A stretch of DNA of 64,000 bases from Eledone cirrhosa (taxonomy: Eukaryota): the NCBI GenBank assembly GCA_964016885.1, contig OZ024742.1, positions 375,286,001 through 375,350,000 of the forward strand, written 5' to 3'. Position 1 is the first letter of the stretch, and each line of letters begins with the position of its first letter. The position numbers and the translations under genes are program-made. This document shows, one piece after another, positions 13,509 to 26,299 of this stretch. The notes beneath the pieces were generated by a model, which saw only the letters and a list, made by a program, of their open reading frames with translations, was not told where the DNA came from and ran no database searches.

Positions 13509-14344
13509 ATTAACATTTAACACTTAATATTCTACCATACTATTCAGATTACATCTATATATATACACATACATTCATATATATACATATATACAAATAC
13601 ACATATACATGCATATATATACACATATACATATATATACATGCATATATATATATATATACATATACAATATGTATAGGATTCCTTTCCCTTTGAGCAC
13701 ATAATTTACAGGGAATAACGCGACTCTATGGCTCCGTTAATTTATCTTCATATATATATACATATATATACATACACACATATATATACATACACACACA
13801 CATATATATGCATACACACACACATATATATATACATACACACACACACATATGCATACACACATATATATACATACATACACACATATATATAGATATA
13901 CATACATATATATATACATATATATAGATTCATACATACATACACACACATCTATATATGTATAAAGTACTTGACAATGAGCATTCTAGTTGTTCAATAA
14001 ACTGATTGAATAATACAAACGATGTTTTAATATACAGATTCATTATTTGTGTATATATAATATATGCAAAGCATATAAATAAATTTACAGTAGAATAACA
14101 GCAAATATGTTTTAAATATATACATAAATAACATTACCAATGCTTAAATAACATTATAAATTGCTCACGATTCTTTCAGAAGGATATATTCCTTTAATGT
14201 TGCAATATTAAAGAAAATATACGTATATATATACATACATATATTTATTCAACTAAGGAAAGTTGGTTGATTGAAAATCTGTTTGTCATCATAAGAGATG
14301 ACAAACACTCAACAGTTTATGTTTATCCGGAGTTTTATTATAAT

Positions 14345-14450
14345 AATTGTTTCTACTTTGGCACAAGGCCAGCAAATACCCAGTGTATTACTGGTACTTT
14401 ATTTTATCGACCCCATAAGGATGAAAGGCAAAGTTAACCTTGGCGGGTTA
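14345..14450 (-). mobile_element. MetaSINE-like copy (partial)
   Basis: Same core and tail, reverse complement. Confidence 0.8.
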
Positions 14451-14765
14451 TAATAATAAACAAGAAAGACGGTATCATTTTCCCATCCCTATTTATTTTA
14501 TTATGCGTATTTCATTTGTATAACAACTGCCCTACGTGTTCTCATATCAACGGATATCAACGAATATCTCATATCAACGGATATTTACATCTTGCATGGA
14601 TTTTTGTCGGAAGAAAACACGCAGGGCAGATATTATACAAATGACATATGTCTTCGAAATAAGTATAATAAAATAATCTTCTTTATTATTATATATACAC
14701 ACACATATATACATATATATATATAATAATATATAAGATCAAAAGATGGTTAAAAGAGTTCCATG

Positions 14766-14836
14766 TATTTTATTATGCGCATTTCAAAAACAAATATCAT
14801 CATGCAATAACATTTGCGTTTTCGTCAGATAAAATA
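14766..14836 (-). ncRNA. Type I hammerhead ribozyme in the PLE pLTR
   Basis: tattttat-CTGACGA-(36-nt stem II)-GAAA-tgcgca(palindrome)-TA-ataaaata; 8-bp stem I. Confidence 0.8.
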
Positions 14837-15185
14837 GGGAGACATGATATGAAGGTTAAAACACACTTGTGAATAGTGCAGTTTCAAATCAACATATGAA
14901 AAGTAGTTTTAGATTGATGTGTGATATTGTAAAAAAAATTGAGGGGGGGGGGGGGTGAAAAAGAGGAGGAGATGAGAGTAAAAAGTGGAGGGGGAGGAGT
15001 ATAATGAGGAAGGATGAGATAGGAGGAGAGATGGGTGATAGAGAGAGAGAGATAGCTTTTATAACTGAGAAAAATATATTGTTTTACATAGAGAGGTTGA
15101 AAACCGTTGGAAGATAATGAATAAATTAAAAGAATTTGAAAATTAACGAAGAGAAAAATAATGTAAAGTTAAGGTTTGTATATTG

Positions 15186-15355
15186 AAGGGTTTAATAATA
15201 TGTGCGATGAAAAGAAATTGTTAATATGTATTAACAATAATATTTAAGGGTTTAATAATATGTGCGATGGAAAGAAAATGTTAATATGTATTAAGAATAA
15301 TATTTAAGGGTTTAATAATATGTGCGATGTAAAGAATATGTTGATATGTATTATT
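15186..15355. repeat. ~60-bp tandem repeat x3 in the PLE 3' region
   Basis: aagggtttaataatatgtgcgatg... at ~15186, 15246 and 15306. Confidence 0.85.
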
Positions 15356-15828
15356 AAAAAAACAAAAGTAATGTAAGTAAGGATATATTGTGAGATGAGC
15401 ATGAATAAGTTAGATGAAAGGGAGAAAAAAATAATGAATTGAGGATGAATAATCTAACGTCAAAAAAATGTGTTTATGTTTACGAAGGATTTTTTCAAGG
15501 TGATATAAAGTAAGAATATATTGTATTGTGTAATAATTGTTTCTATGTTAGGCACAGTGTGAAAAGGTACAGATTAGGGGTTAGAAATTAAAAGAAAAAG
15601 AAAAGAAAAGGAAAAGGAAGAAAAGGAAGTGATAAATAGGAGTGATATAGAATGAGTAACAAGTATTATATAAGTATTATATGGTCTTGTGCCAAAAGTA
15701 GAAACAATTATATAATGTATAATAAATAACTTTGAAATAAGGTAGAAAGATGGGTATATTTTTAAAGAAGTATATATATAAATATGTGCCTTTGAGAAAA
15801 GGATTCTAAATTGATAAAGTATTGGATA

Positions 15829-17648
15829 TTAGCTGTATACTTTATGGAATGTTCTGTGGAATTTATGCAAGCAGAGAGAAAACAAGTCAGTGCGTCTATT
15901 TATTATAGAATCTAAATTAGATATAATGGTAAATTTTTCATTTAGACAGAGATTGCAAGTCTTGGATAGAGAACTGTTCAAGTAGAGAGAAGCAGAAGAA
16001 ACCTTTTTCCAAGAGATGTTATATTTAATATTTTTGTCTTTCAAGGACCATATGAGTTCTGAGAGAGCCGTGTTGGTTCTTTTAAGTTGGTATTTAAAAG
16101 ACGAGCTTTAAAGGAGGTGGAAGTGGAGCCAAAATAGGTGAAGAAATTGGTGTCAGTTATAACTTTACATTCGTAGATTAAGTTTTTATCAAGACAATGG
16201 TTGTTGAGAGGACATTTATTTTTAACAGGGCAATTGCAATTGCGATTAGAGAGATTATTAACGAGTGACCTAGTGTTATCTATAGAAGGAATTGGATTGG
16301 AGAAGTTATTTGCGATAGGAATAATAGTTTCTTGATTTAGAATGGGATTAAGAACATTTAGCGAAGTTGTATTTGACGTTGTATTTGGGTTTGCAGAAAT
16401 TAGCCTAGGGTTTACAATGACGTCGGGAGTACTATTACTATTATTATGATATTCAGTGTTGGAAGGAAGAGATTTAGTATTTAGTATTTTATTGTTGTAT
16501 TTAGAGATAATGTTGGAAATATTGGAGGATGTAGAATAGAAAAATTTTATAGTGTGTTTGTTAAATATTTTACTATAGATATGTGAGGGAGGGAAGCATT
16601 TATTTAAGGTACTAAAGAATAATTTAGGAATATTATTATTAATAGAGATGGAGAAAGGAGCATTATACCAGATTATGTTTTTGTATCTAGGTCTTTTATG
16701 AAAGTTATTGGAATGATCATGATTAATTATTCTACTGTAAGATCTTCTAGAATTTGTTTCTTTACTATATTTGATTTTATCAGGATAACCGGCTTTAGAA
16801 AGCGCGTTATTATAGTAATTGCCGTTAGCATCAAAGATATTTTTATTAGAAGATAGGTTAGATATTCTTTTCCCAATATTACTAACTATAGCATTCTTAA
16901 TATTAGTGGGGTGGTTAGATCTAAAATTAACATAATTTAGGTTCTCATTGTTTTTATGGTAAGGGTAATATAGGCCAGTGTCAAGATTAAGAGATACATC
17001 CAAGAAATTAGCTAGTTTGATGCTGTTATCAAATTCAATTTTTAAGTTATGTTGGTTAAAGAGATTACGTATATTGTTCTTAATAATATTAAGGTTAACT
17101 ATGTTGCAATTTAAGATAGTAAAGAGTCCATCGTCACGATAAATTCCACCGCGAAGTTGAGGAATTTTCCGACTCAAAGAGTTCAAGATAAAGATACCAA
17201 TTAAGTCTGTCAATTGGGATGAATCAGATGCTCCTATTGTGATGTTGAAGTTGTTAGAGGTATCAGCTCTGGTCCAATGTTCATTGTTGAATTCTAGGAT
17301 GGTTTTACGTGCGGTGAGAATGATGTGAAGTTCATCTGTGGTGATGTCAGAATATTTAAATGCGAAAGATAGAGCATTGTTGAGAAGTGAAGGCGAAATA
17401 GAAGAATAGTAGCTGGCAATATCAAATTGAACAAATTTTAGTTTGTTTTTATTATTCAATTTGTTGAACCAGCCAATCACTTCAGAAGTACCAAACCATA
17501 AATTTAAGTTCAAAGAAGAGCAATTAGAACGAACCTGTGGGATAATTCTATCCAAGATGGCTTTACTAACAACCCCCAGATCTGATTTAGAGGGGGCGAT
17601 TAATCTAAAACTACTTTTCATATGTTGATTTAAAACTGCACTATTCAC
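15829..17648 (-). pseudogene. PLE reverse transcriptase + GIY-YIG endonuclease, frameshifted near 16060
   Basis: FDIASYY, IGASDSS, YRDDG, FLDV, SNHP; CNC..CPL..CL..NLIY..YFGST; C-terminal CNLCL.EK in a second frame. The first ~16 codons come from the inverted pLTR. Confidence 0.92.
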
Positions 17649-17680
17649 AAGTGTTTTTTAACCTTCATATCATGTCTTCC

Positions 17681-17751
17681 TATTTTATCTGATGAAAACA
17701 CAAATATTATTGCATGATGATATTTGTTTTTGAAATGCGTATAATAAAATA
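17681..17751 (+). ncRNA. Type I hammerhead ribozyme in the inverted pLTR copy
   Basis: tattttat-CTGATGA-(36 nt)-GAAA-tgcgta-TA-ataaaata. Confidence 0.8.
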
Positions 17752-18522
17752 CATGGAACTCTTTTAACCATCTTTTGATCTCATATATTATGTATACTCC
17801 AGTCCTACAAATTGTAGAGTGCTTCTTATCCGATATCTGCATTGCTTTATTGTACTACAATAAAACTCACCTTCTACATATATATATATATATATGGCAA
17901 TATCCAATTTTAGCGGCCTAAATACTGCTTACTTGCTGTAGTTGCTGCTTACTTCAATGTATGAGACTATTCCAACAAATTTACATTCCCCTTTTTTTAG
18001 CCGTTAAAAGAAATATAGATTTATTTATTGTTTTTTTTTTGCGATTTATTTGCCACTGGGGCATAGATTTCTTTATTTGCCCCTTTTTTGCAATTTATTA
18101 GCCTTTTGGGGTCACACACACCCCCCGTAGAAAGTGTGCGACCTTTCTGCCAGGGAGCACAGAGAGAGGGGGGTGCTCCCTTCTTCTCTTACCTGTACAA
18201 GCCGATATAGAGAGATGGCCCACTTACACAGGCCATTATTGCTACTTTCACCCATCTTTCATGGAATTGGCTGGGACTGAGTGCCTTTTTCTCCACCTTG
18301 ATCCTTCTTTCGAAGTGGTATCGGAAGAAGAGGACCATTTGTTGGCCGGCGACATATCCCCACAGTTTCCTCGTTGCAAACGCATCTGGGACATTTCTTT
18401 TCCAAGGGGTTTCCGTCCCGGAATCCGTGTCTGTAGAGCCTTTCCCGAACGGGCAGGGCCCCTCGGTATAATAGTAAGTATTAGTGGTTGTAATAAAAAT
18501 GTAATCAAAATGTAATAAATAC

Positions 18523-18764
18523 CTTCACTGATTTCTTTCCTTATATTATCAACAGAAGTTGGTATATCACCCAAAGTTCGCTTTGTATGTTCCCGAATAG
18601 CAGTGAATTTTGATAAAACTGTTTCTAATTCTTATTGGCAACATGACCCTCCCAAAGTATGACAATATCGGTTTCAACACACGATTTCAGATAAAGAATC
18701 TTGCTAAACAAATTCAGAAACGAAATGTTTCTAATTCCTTCTCCACAGTAAGACAAATATCCAT
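18523..18764 (-). pseudogene. RMND5: Second RMND5-like exon copy, disrupted by a 106-bp insertion with a 12-bp duplication
   Basis: Inverse copy of 18938-19106. tgtttctaattc is duplicated at 18620 and 18726. Confidence 0.72.
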
Positions 18765-18937
18765 GTGTAGTCCAAAAAGATATAAATCTTAAAAAAAATT
18801 ATAATAATTCTTTATTATTATTTTCTTTTTCTATAAATAATTATTTTTCTATATATCTCAAACCCTGCCAAACACCACATCTGTCTATCTGTAAATTTAA
18901 ATGACTGTTCTTTCATACTTATCCTCTTCAACTACAC

Positions 18938-19106
18938 ATGGATATTTGTCTTACTGTGGAGAAGGAATTAGAAACAGTTTTATCAAAATTCACTGCTATT
19001 CGGGAACATACTTTAGCAGAGTTGATTGTAGGTCACTACAATACAAAGCGAACTTTGGGTGACATACCAACTTCTGTTGATAATATAAGGAAAGAAATCA
19101 GTGAAG
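18938..19106 (+). pseudogene. RMND5: RMND5/GID2-like (CTLH E3 ligase subunit) first coding exon fragment with a 33-bp in-frame insertion
   Basis: MDICLTVEKELETVLSKF resembles the RMND5 N-terminus as I recall it (MDQCVTVERELEKVLHKF). Ends at a gaag|gtattt donor. No downstream exons found in the window. Confidence 0.75.
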
Positions 19107-20089
19107 GTATTTATTACATTTTGATTGCATTTTTATTACAACCACTAATACTTACTATTATACCGAGGGGCCCTGCCCGTTCGGGAAAGGCTCTACAGAC
19201 ACGGATTCCGGGACGGAAACCCCTTGGAAAAGAAATGTCCCAGATGCGTTTGCGACGAGGAAACTGTGGGGATATGTCGCCGGCCAACAAATGGTCCTCT
19301 TCTTCCGATACCACTTCGAAAGAAGGATCAAGGTGGAGAAAAAGGCACTGTCCCAGCCAATTCCATGAAAGATGGGTGAAAGTAGCAATAATGGCCCGTG
19401 TAAGTGGGCCATCTCTCTATATTGGCTTGTACAGGTAAGAGAAGAAGGGAGCACCCCCCTCTCTCTGTGCTCCCTGGCAGAAAGGTCGCACACTTTCTAC
19501 GGGGGGGTGGTGACCCCAAAAGGCTAATAAATTGAAAAAGAAAAACAATAAATAAATGTATATTTCTTTTAACGGCTAAAAAAAGGGGAATGTAAATTTG
19601 TTGGAATAGCCTCATACATTGAAGTAAGCAGCAACTACAGCAAGTAAGCAGCATTTAGGCCGCTAAAATTGGATATCGCCATATGGATGGTAGTACTAAG
19701 TTCTAGCCAGTTACCAAATGTATTACAGAGCCGAGATACAAAATATAAAACAATAAAATCTCATTTAATTGCTGATAATTTTTTTTTACATACATATATA
19801 TATATACATACATACATATATATATATATATACAATATATTAATAAATGGAAACTATATTTATAAAACCATATTTATTTTATTCCTATTTTAAGGGCCAC
19901 CGCTTTCATCACATAAAATACATATATATACATACATACACACATATATATATGTATGTATGAAACTTAATTATTCGTGTAATGCGACTCCTATAACGTT
20001 TTTAATAATTATTTGATATTACTTACATTTTCTTATCTTTTGCTTTTACTGTTTCTTTTCTTTTGCGTTTGTTGACATTTGATCTGTTC

Positions 20090-20460
20090 CCGGGAGAAAA
20101 ATGGCGCCAAACTTTTCCTTTTGAAAGAATAATGTGATTGTGTTCACGTGATATATAGCTGTCAGTCGTGAAAGCAGCCGAAGGTGACGTCATTCGTCAT
20201 CGTTTATTTCCGTATTACTACCACCAAGTAACTCAACTTACGCGTGGTAGTAATACGGAAATAAACGATGTTTTGCTTTCATCGGCTGCTTTCGACTGAC
20301 AGCTAATAGCGTTGTAGTGCTGGTTGTTATTATTCCTTCAATATCGATCTTAAAAGAAAGTCTTCGGAATCATTGATTGTTCCATTTAAGAAACCAAGAA
20401 ATGAAATTGTTCCTTTACACAGAAAGAATCTATCTTTAATACAATCGGTAAAGTAATTCT
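20090..20460 (+). promoter_or_regulatory. CpG-enriched promoter-like region with a possible non-coding first exon
   Basis: YY1-type AAAATGGCG (~20098), E-box CACGTG (20145), CRE TGACGTCA (20184), local CpG enrichment, and a candidate donor cg|gtaaag near 20448. Confidence 0.45.
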
Positions 20461-20982
20461 CTTGACTGTTTGTCTGTTGTTAGCCAGTTTGTTTATTAAG
20501 ACTATCACCTGTACTGTAGTTTAAATGTGCTTGTATTTTTTATATTTACAAAACATGGAGTCATTAAAATACAAATTTATTAATAAAAAATTCAGTTTAT
20601 AATCTCTTCATATATGGTGATAAGTACATATTCAGTGTCGGTTAAAAAGAAAGCAAAATAAATGTACTTCGTTTTTGTATAAACGCTGTCCTGAGTACAG
20701 TTTGTTTGCTTTTTATGCCAACTTGAAGTACGCAATTCGCTTTAACGTGTCTTGAAAAAATATTAAATATTCACTTTGCGCGAATAACGCGTGTGGTTTT
20801 TTATTTTTTTATTTATCAGAAATATTAGACTTGAATTACACGAATTTGCTTTACGTGTCTCGTTCACGGATGCATCTTCGCGTAAAAAGCGAACACACTG
20901 TACTATGGAGAGATGATTGGAATGCAGTAAAAAGAATAAAAATTCAATGACATTGTGAGACTATCGATATTTTATTGGAAGA

Positions 20983-21532
20983 GGCTATTTTGCCAGTCCC
21001 GGTAAAATAGCTCTCCTCCTCCTAGGCTATTTTGCTGCTAAGAGTGTCGGACACTATGCTTTGCGGCATAGAATTGCAGCCCTTTACGGTGTGAGTTCAA
21101 ATCTCGCTGAGGTTAGCTTTGCCTTTCATCTTTACGGGGTTGATAAAATAAAGCACCAGTAATGCACTGAGGTCGATTTACCCCTCCCTCTCAAATTGCT
21201 GGCCTTGTGCCTAAATCAGAAATCATTGCCCTTGCCATTCTGAGTTCAAATCCCACCGAGGTTAACTTTGCCTTTCATCCTTACGGGGTCGATAAAATAA
21301 AGTACCAGTAATGTACTGGGGTAATTGCTGGCCTTGTGCCAAAAGTAGAAACAATTATTATGAAGGCAGGTAATGTTAAAAATGATAACACTCAGATTTA
21401 ACACAGAAGTTTATTTATTTTCACCACCAATTATTAAGATAATTTAAACCGTAACCTAACACTATTTATATTTACTACTAAAATAAGCTTTAAAAGCATG
21501 TTGTCTATTTTACGGGACCGGCAAAATAGCTT
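20983..21532. mobile_element. MITE with ~28-bp TIRs containing two nested SINEs
   Basis: ggctattttgccagtcccggtaaaatag / ctattttacgggaccggcaaaatagctt. Confidence 0.7.
21040..21360 (+). mobile_element. Two tandem MetaSINE/MESC-like SINE copies
   Basis: B-box gagttcaaatcc; core ctttgcctttcatccttacggggtcgataaaataaagtaccag; tail gctggccttgtgccaaaagtagaaacaattatta. Confidence 0.85.
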
Positions 21533-22269
21533 TAATCCATTTTGGTACCAATTTCATTCAAATCAGTTCCGGTTCTCTGAAACAAAACCCATTTATTTCA
21601 AAGAATTTATATTTGATTTAGAATATTCCAAGATGATTTTATAAAAAAAAATTTTTGTTAAGTTATGTTACGAATGCTATCTCAATAATGAAATAAATAA
21701 TTTTAGTAAATCCCTCCAAATTCTTTAACTTTTAACATCCTGTACCGGATGAAACCACATTAGCAATGCATTCTTCTAAAGTACAAAACAGAAAAATAAC
21801 TGCATCACATTGAAATTTAAAATTTTAACATCTGTCCACTAGTAAAGATAATACAAAAAATTGGATTAAGAAACCCGTTTAAAGATATTTACTGCTAAAA
21901 CATTACATGGGAGACTACTCTTATAGTTACCTCCTTTCAATGAAATAAAATATTTGAATGTCATTTTTTTAATTATAAGAGAGAGTTCTGTTCTTTAAAA
22001 CGTTATACAAAATAATATGATGTATGGCTATTTCAGAAAGCCATCATCTTTCAATTTACATCATATTTTCTTTTAGTAGTGGTAACCTTAAATTGAACAG
22101 TAAATGTGAGTCTAATAGAAGATGAATCCATGTTTCTGTTCAGCAAGCTTCTTACTTTTTTTCAAACTTTTGAATTACTTTTGTATATCTTCACAAAAGC
22201 AGTTTAAGAATATAAGAACTTTTACAAAAATCTACTGATGTTTCTACACCAAAGAAAGCAGAACCATTT

Positions 22270-22420
22270 TAACAAGAAGGCCATCCAGCTGTAGAAACCA
22301 AGCCCAAATCAGTTCTATGTGAGTGAAGCATGGTCCTCCAACCTGATCTCTTACAAAGAGACAGAACGTCCTACCCATGCTAGCATGAAAAATGGACGTT
22401 AAACAATGATGATGATAGAG
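22270..22420 (+). mobile_element. RTE-tailed SINE or LINE 3' end
   Basis: catccagctgtagaaa ... cccatgctagcatgaaaaatggacgttaaac(gat)n, matching the RTE 3' end at 54110-54266. Confidence 0.75.
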
Positions 22421-23282
22421 CGTTTACAACAGAAAAAAAGCAAACACTAGTTAGTAGTCCAGGACACTCGACACTAAACCACATGGTATCCTAGCTTATC
22501 TAGTATTCTTTCAGCTATTTTAGTGTTTTTAGTCAGATTCAAGCTTTCAGGTTAAGTTTCATGTTTTTATTAAGAGATTGTGCTTTATAATTAATATATT
22601 TTTCTTTTCAGTTATTCTTATTCAATTGATAAGAAAATCTACCTTGGTAAAATAACTCGAAGAAATTAAATACTGCCATTCAGGTGGGAAAAACAGGTTG
22701 CCAGTATTTGTCAGATTATCATGTTTCAATCATTTATTCACAATTACAGATTTAGACATATGTTGTAAGTTTGAAACATTCTCACATATACACACTTCTA
22801 TAGTTGTATAGTTTTGTAACTCTTGCCACTATACAATAACTCTGTTAATGCATACATACTTAAGGTATGATAGCTGTGGAGTTTACTTACTGGTAACTTG
22901 ATCATCACATGGCTATAGGTTCTAGCCTTACAACAACCATTATGTTGTGCTCTTGGTAAAAAATATATAACTCTGCTTACTTGATTAAAAATGTCCATTT
23001 CCATTATTTAATTGAGTGTTTAGAAACAGGAAAAGCATCTAATGGTAAAGCCAACATTAAACATCCCATCCATGCTAACAGGAAGAAATAGCTGTCATAC
23101 TCATAGATTTCAACAGACTTAAACAACCCTCCTAGTAATTGTGAATGAGGTGTTTGAACATTTGATATGAAATTTAGTTGTTCCAGATGATCATTTTTAA
23201 GAAACTCTTAGATCATATTCATAACTTGACAGTGGACAAAAGCTCGAGAAAAGTAATGTCAAACTTCTTATATAGCAATTAA

Positions 23283-23503
23283 CCCTTTAGCATTTACATT
23301 ATTCTATATTTATTATTGTATTTTCACAGTAAAAACTTTATCTTACATAATTATCTCACATAATATTGAATCTACGAGATTTTGATGTTATTTATTTTGA
23401 GAACAATACCTTAATGTAGGTATGAGCAGCCAGTTACAGCTGGTTTGAACAGTAAGAGGTGAGAGAGTTCTGGCCGGATACGGCCGATTTAAATGCTAAA
23501 GGG
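23283..23503. mobile_element. piggyBac-type MITE
   Basis: TTAA|ccctttagcattta ... taaatgctaaaggg|TTAA. Confidence 0.85.
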
Positions 23504-24739
23504 TTAAATACAACAACCCTAAAATAGCCAAAAACACAGTGCACAAAATACAATTAGCCAATTGAATATAATTAAAATTGGAACCCACCAACTATACCGG
23601 TACTAAGAACACAAACTTTTGGCTTTAATTGCGTTCAATATTTGGTTTCTGCCATGTTGTAGCTACCAGATAAATTAGTACCATATACTCTGTAATTTTT
23701 TTCTGATGATAGGATTAAATATTAAGAATATTTAATCCTATCATCAGAAAAAAATCTATATACCAGAGATCCTTCAATGGTGATCCACATAGTATACGAG
23801 GCTTGGTACAATATATATATATATTTCTTTACAAAACCTTACTCAACAACAAAATACAGCCCAAAACACCCCACTTAAAATACAATCATCTAGTACAACT
23901 ACCAAAAAAAAAAAAATAATAAAAATTCCTTCACATCAGAGAACTTTCAGTCCAGTTACATTAGTGAAATAAAGGAGAAAAGGTAGCCAGCTCACTTTTT
24001 AGAAATTCATATAAATTATTTCAGCTGTAAATCTGTGATTTAATTTCATTCCATTAATTATTTTAGAACACTGAACACTAATCTGCTAACTACAAAATAT
24101 TATAAATATTTACTATTATTTTCTTTTTTAATAAAAAAAAAAAAATTGAAATGAAAAAAACTTAAAATCTTTTGTTGCTCATTTAAAGATATTTTAAATA
24201 GATCTCCTTTTTCTTTAGCTTTTCTTGTGTAAGTATATACATATATGTAGAAATATAGCAGCGATGAATAAGAGATGATTTGGACTGCAGCAACCTGTCC
24301 AGCTACGGTTATAGCTTACAGAATTATCTCCCCTAATACGAAAGACTTTTATATTTCATCTTATCAGGATGATGACATAAGTATCAGAAAAAGTACTAGA
24401 CTCGCTATAATTGTCTAAAGCCGTTATAGGCGATGCTCCAGCATGGTCATTGTCTAATTAATAAAAATAGAATAAACATTGTGCTTCATATAACAACCAC
24501 CTACAATTAGGACATTGTAAATGTAGTCTGCTTGAAAAAATAGGATGGTCATAACTGGAATGCCTTTGATTACCTGTCTTGTTTTATCAGATGACCTGGG
24601 TTGAAAGATCAAAAGGTTCTTCAACATCATAGATAAATTAAACATTTAAAAAGAAACAAAAACCTTTACTTCTAAACACTTTGATCTCTTATGATCATGA
24701 AAATGAACAACAGATATTTTGTAACTCCGCTTTACACTC

Positions 24740-25370
24740 TACATGTGAGTAGAGTTTTACTGAAGCAGGTGGAAAAGTTCAAGTATCTCAGGGCTGTGAT
24801 CTGATGGAAAGCAGGAGGCTAAATTAAGTGCACGAATTGTAGGAGTTAGGGCAGTGATGTATCAGCTTCAGCATTCGGTCATCAGAAGAAGGGTGGTAAG
24901 TGTAAAAGCCAAACTTCAATTAAGTAGTCGTGCCAATCCTTAACTATGGTTATGAATCTTGGGTAATGACTGAAAGAATATGATCACAAATACAAGTGGC
25001 CGCAATGGGGTTCCTCCAAAATGTTTTGGAGTAATGTTACTTGACAGAGTGCGTAGCTTGGAGATTGAAGAGTTGCTCCAGGTAGAGCCGCTGGTTCTCC
25101 AAATTGAGAAATCACAGCTCCAGTACTATGGATGTGTAATAAGAATGTCTCAGGAAAGGATCGCTGGACAGATTTTATGGGCAAAACCAACTGAAAGGAG
25201 ACCCAAGGGTAGACCATGAGCAAGCAGTTTGGATAATATCCATGAACTTGGCTGGTCTCGCTTGGGGATGCAGCAAAATCAATTGGAGATGGTTCAGGAC
25301 CTGCTGGAAGGAGTGTTTGAAGACTTTGCCCTCACGACCTTCTCATGACTAGGCGGGCAAAGATGAAGAA
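24740..25370 (+). mobile_element. Degenerate RTE-like LINE 3' fragment (second family)
   Basis: QVEKFKYL, YGYESW, QLQYYGCVIRM, RPKGRP remnants. Related 3' ends at 54750-54960 (+) and 59390-59620 (-). Confidence 0.75.
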
Positions 25371-26299
25371 AGAAAGAAAGCTTTCTATTGTTATTTGTGT
25401 ATGTAGTATATACATAAGGCAGTGAATAGGCAGAGTCACTAACTCTATGTTCTGAGTTCAAATCTCACTAAGGTAAACTTTGCATTTCATTCTTTTGTCA
25501 TTGATAAATATATCCAGAATAGTGGATTGCTGTAACTTAGTGTCTGATTGAGTGCTCTGCAGTTTCAGTTTTTTTTTTTTTTGCTTTCTGATAACAGTAA
25601 TTGTGTTAACATTTGTGTTAAACATATTAGCTTTTGCTTTTCCCTTAAAGACCACCAGTGACATGTGGAGATGGCTTAAGTAACTCTTTGCTTTCTGATT
25701 ACAGTGCTTATGACAACATTTGTGATAAACTTTATCAGCTCTTGCCTTTCCCTTGGAAAATATTGGTGATGCTGGAGAGAGGGCTTAAGTAGCTCTTTGC
25801 TTTCTGATGACAATGTTTGTAAAGAAATTTGTGCTAAACTTCATCAGTCCTTGTCTTTCCTTTGGAAAACATTGGTGACATGCAGAACAGGCTTGGGCAA
25901 CCACTTCTTTTCTACCAACAAAATATCTTTGTCCAAGTCTACTCCTTAGAGAGGAACTTTCTAGGTGCAGATCCATGGTCTTATTTAAGGTTTTATATAC
26001 ACACATAGATGATAAATTGATAAATAAATTTGAAAATATGAATATTTGATTCCCACTTTGGTTGACTTTCAATCCTTGTCGATAGAATGAGTAATTTTCA
26101 TGATCCCTTAAAAAAGTGTGTGTTGCTATTTCATTGTTGTCTACAGAGGTAGACTCTTTTCCATCCTGTTCTTATTCTAGCTATTTTGCAAACACAGCAA
26201 CTTCCTCCTCTGCTAATTAGATAACTTAGGTATCAGAAACAATCAACTATTTCTATGGTACCTTGCCAGGCTTCAAAGAGCTTATTTGATGCTCTTGGT

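Larger units (their letters stand above)
12484..13544 (+). mobile_element. 5'-truncated Penelope-like element with an inverted pseudo-LTR
   Basis: 12484-12877 is the reverse complement of ~13150-13544. The arms enclose a GIY-YIG ORF, each carries a hammerhead motif, and (TA)n tracts lie nearby on both sides. Confidence 0.9.
14735..17780 (-). mobile_element. Penelope-like element, 5'-truncated, with an inverted pLTR segment
   Basis: RT and GIY-YIG ORFs on the minus strand. 14735-14918 is the inverse of ~17600-17780. Confidence 0.9.
17896..19680. repeat. 1.8 kb foldback palindrome (arms 17896-18771 and 18931-19680)
   Basis: Termini ggcaatatccaattttagcggcc / ggccgctaaaattggatatcgcc. Near-identical ORFs appear on opposite strands. 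Confidence 0.92.

Noticed and set aside
19107-19438. C-terminal part of the 166-aa ORF as RMND5 protein
   Set aside because: Similarity stops at the GT donor; the rest is read-through into intron and unrelated sequence.
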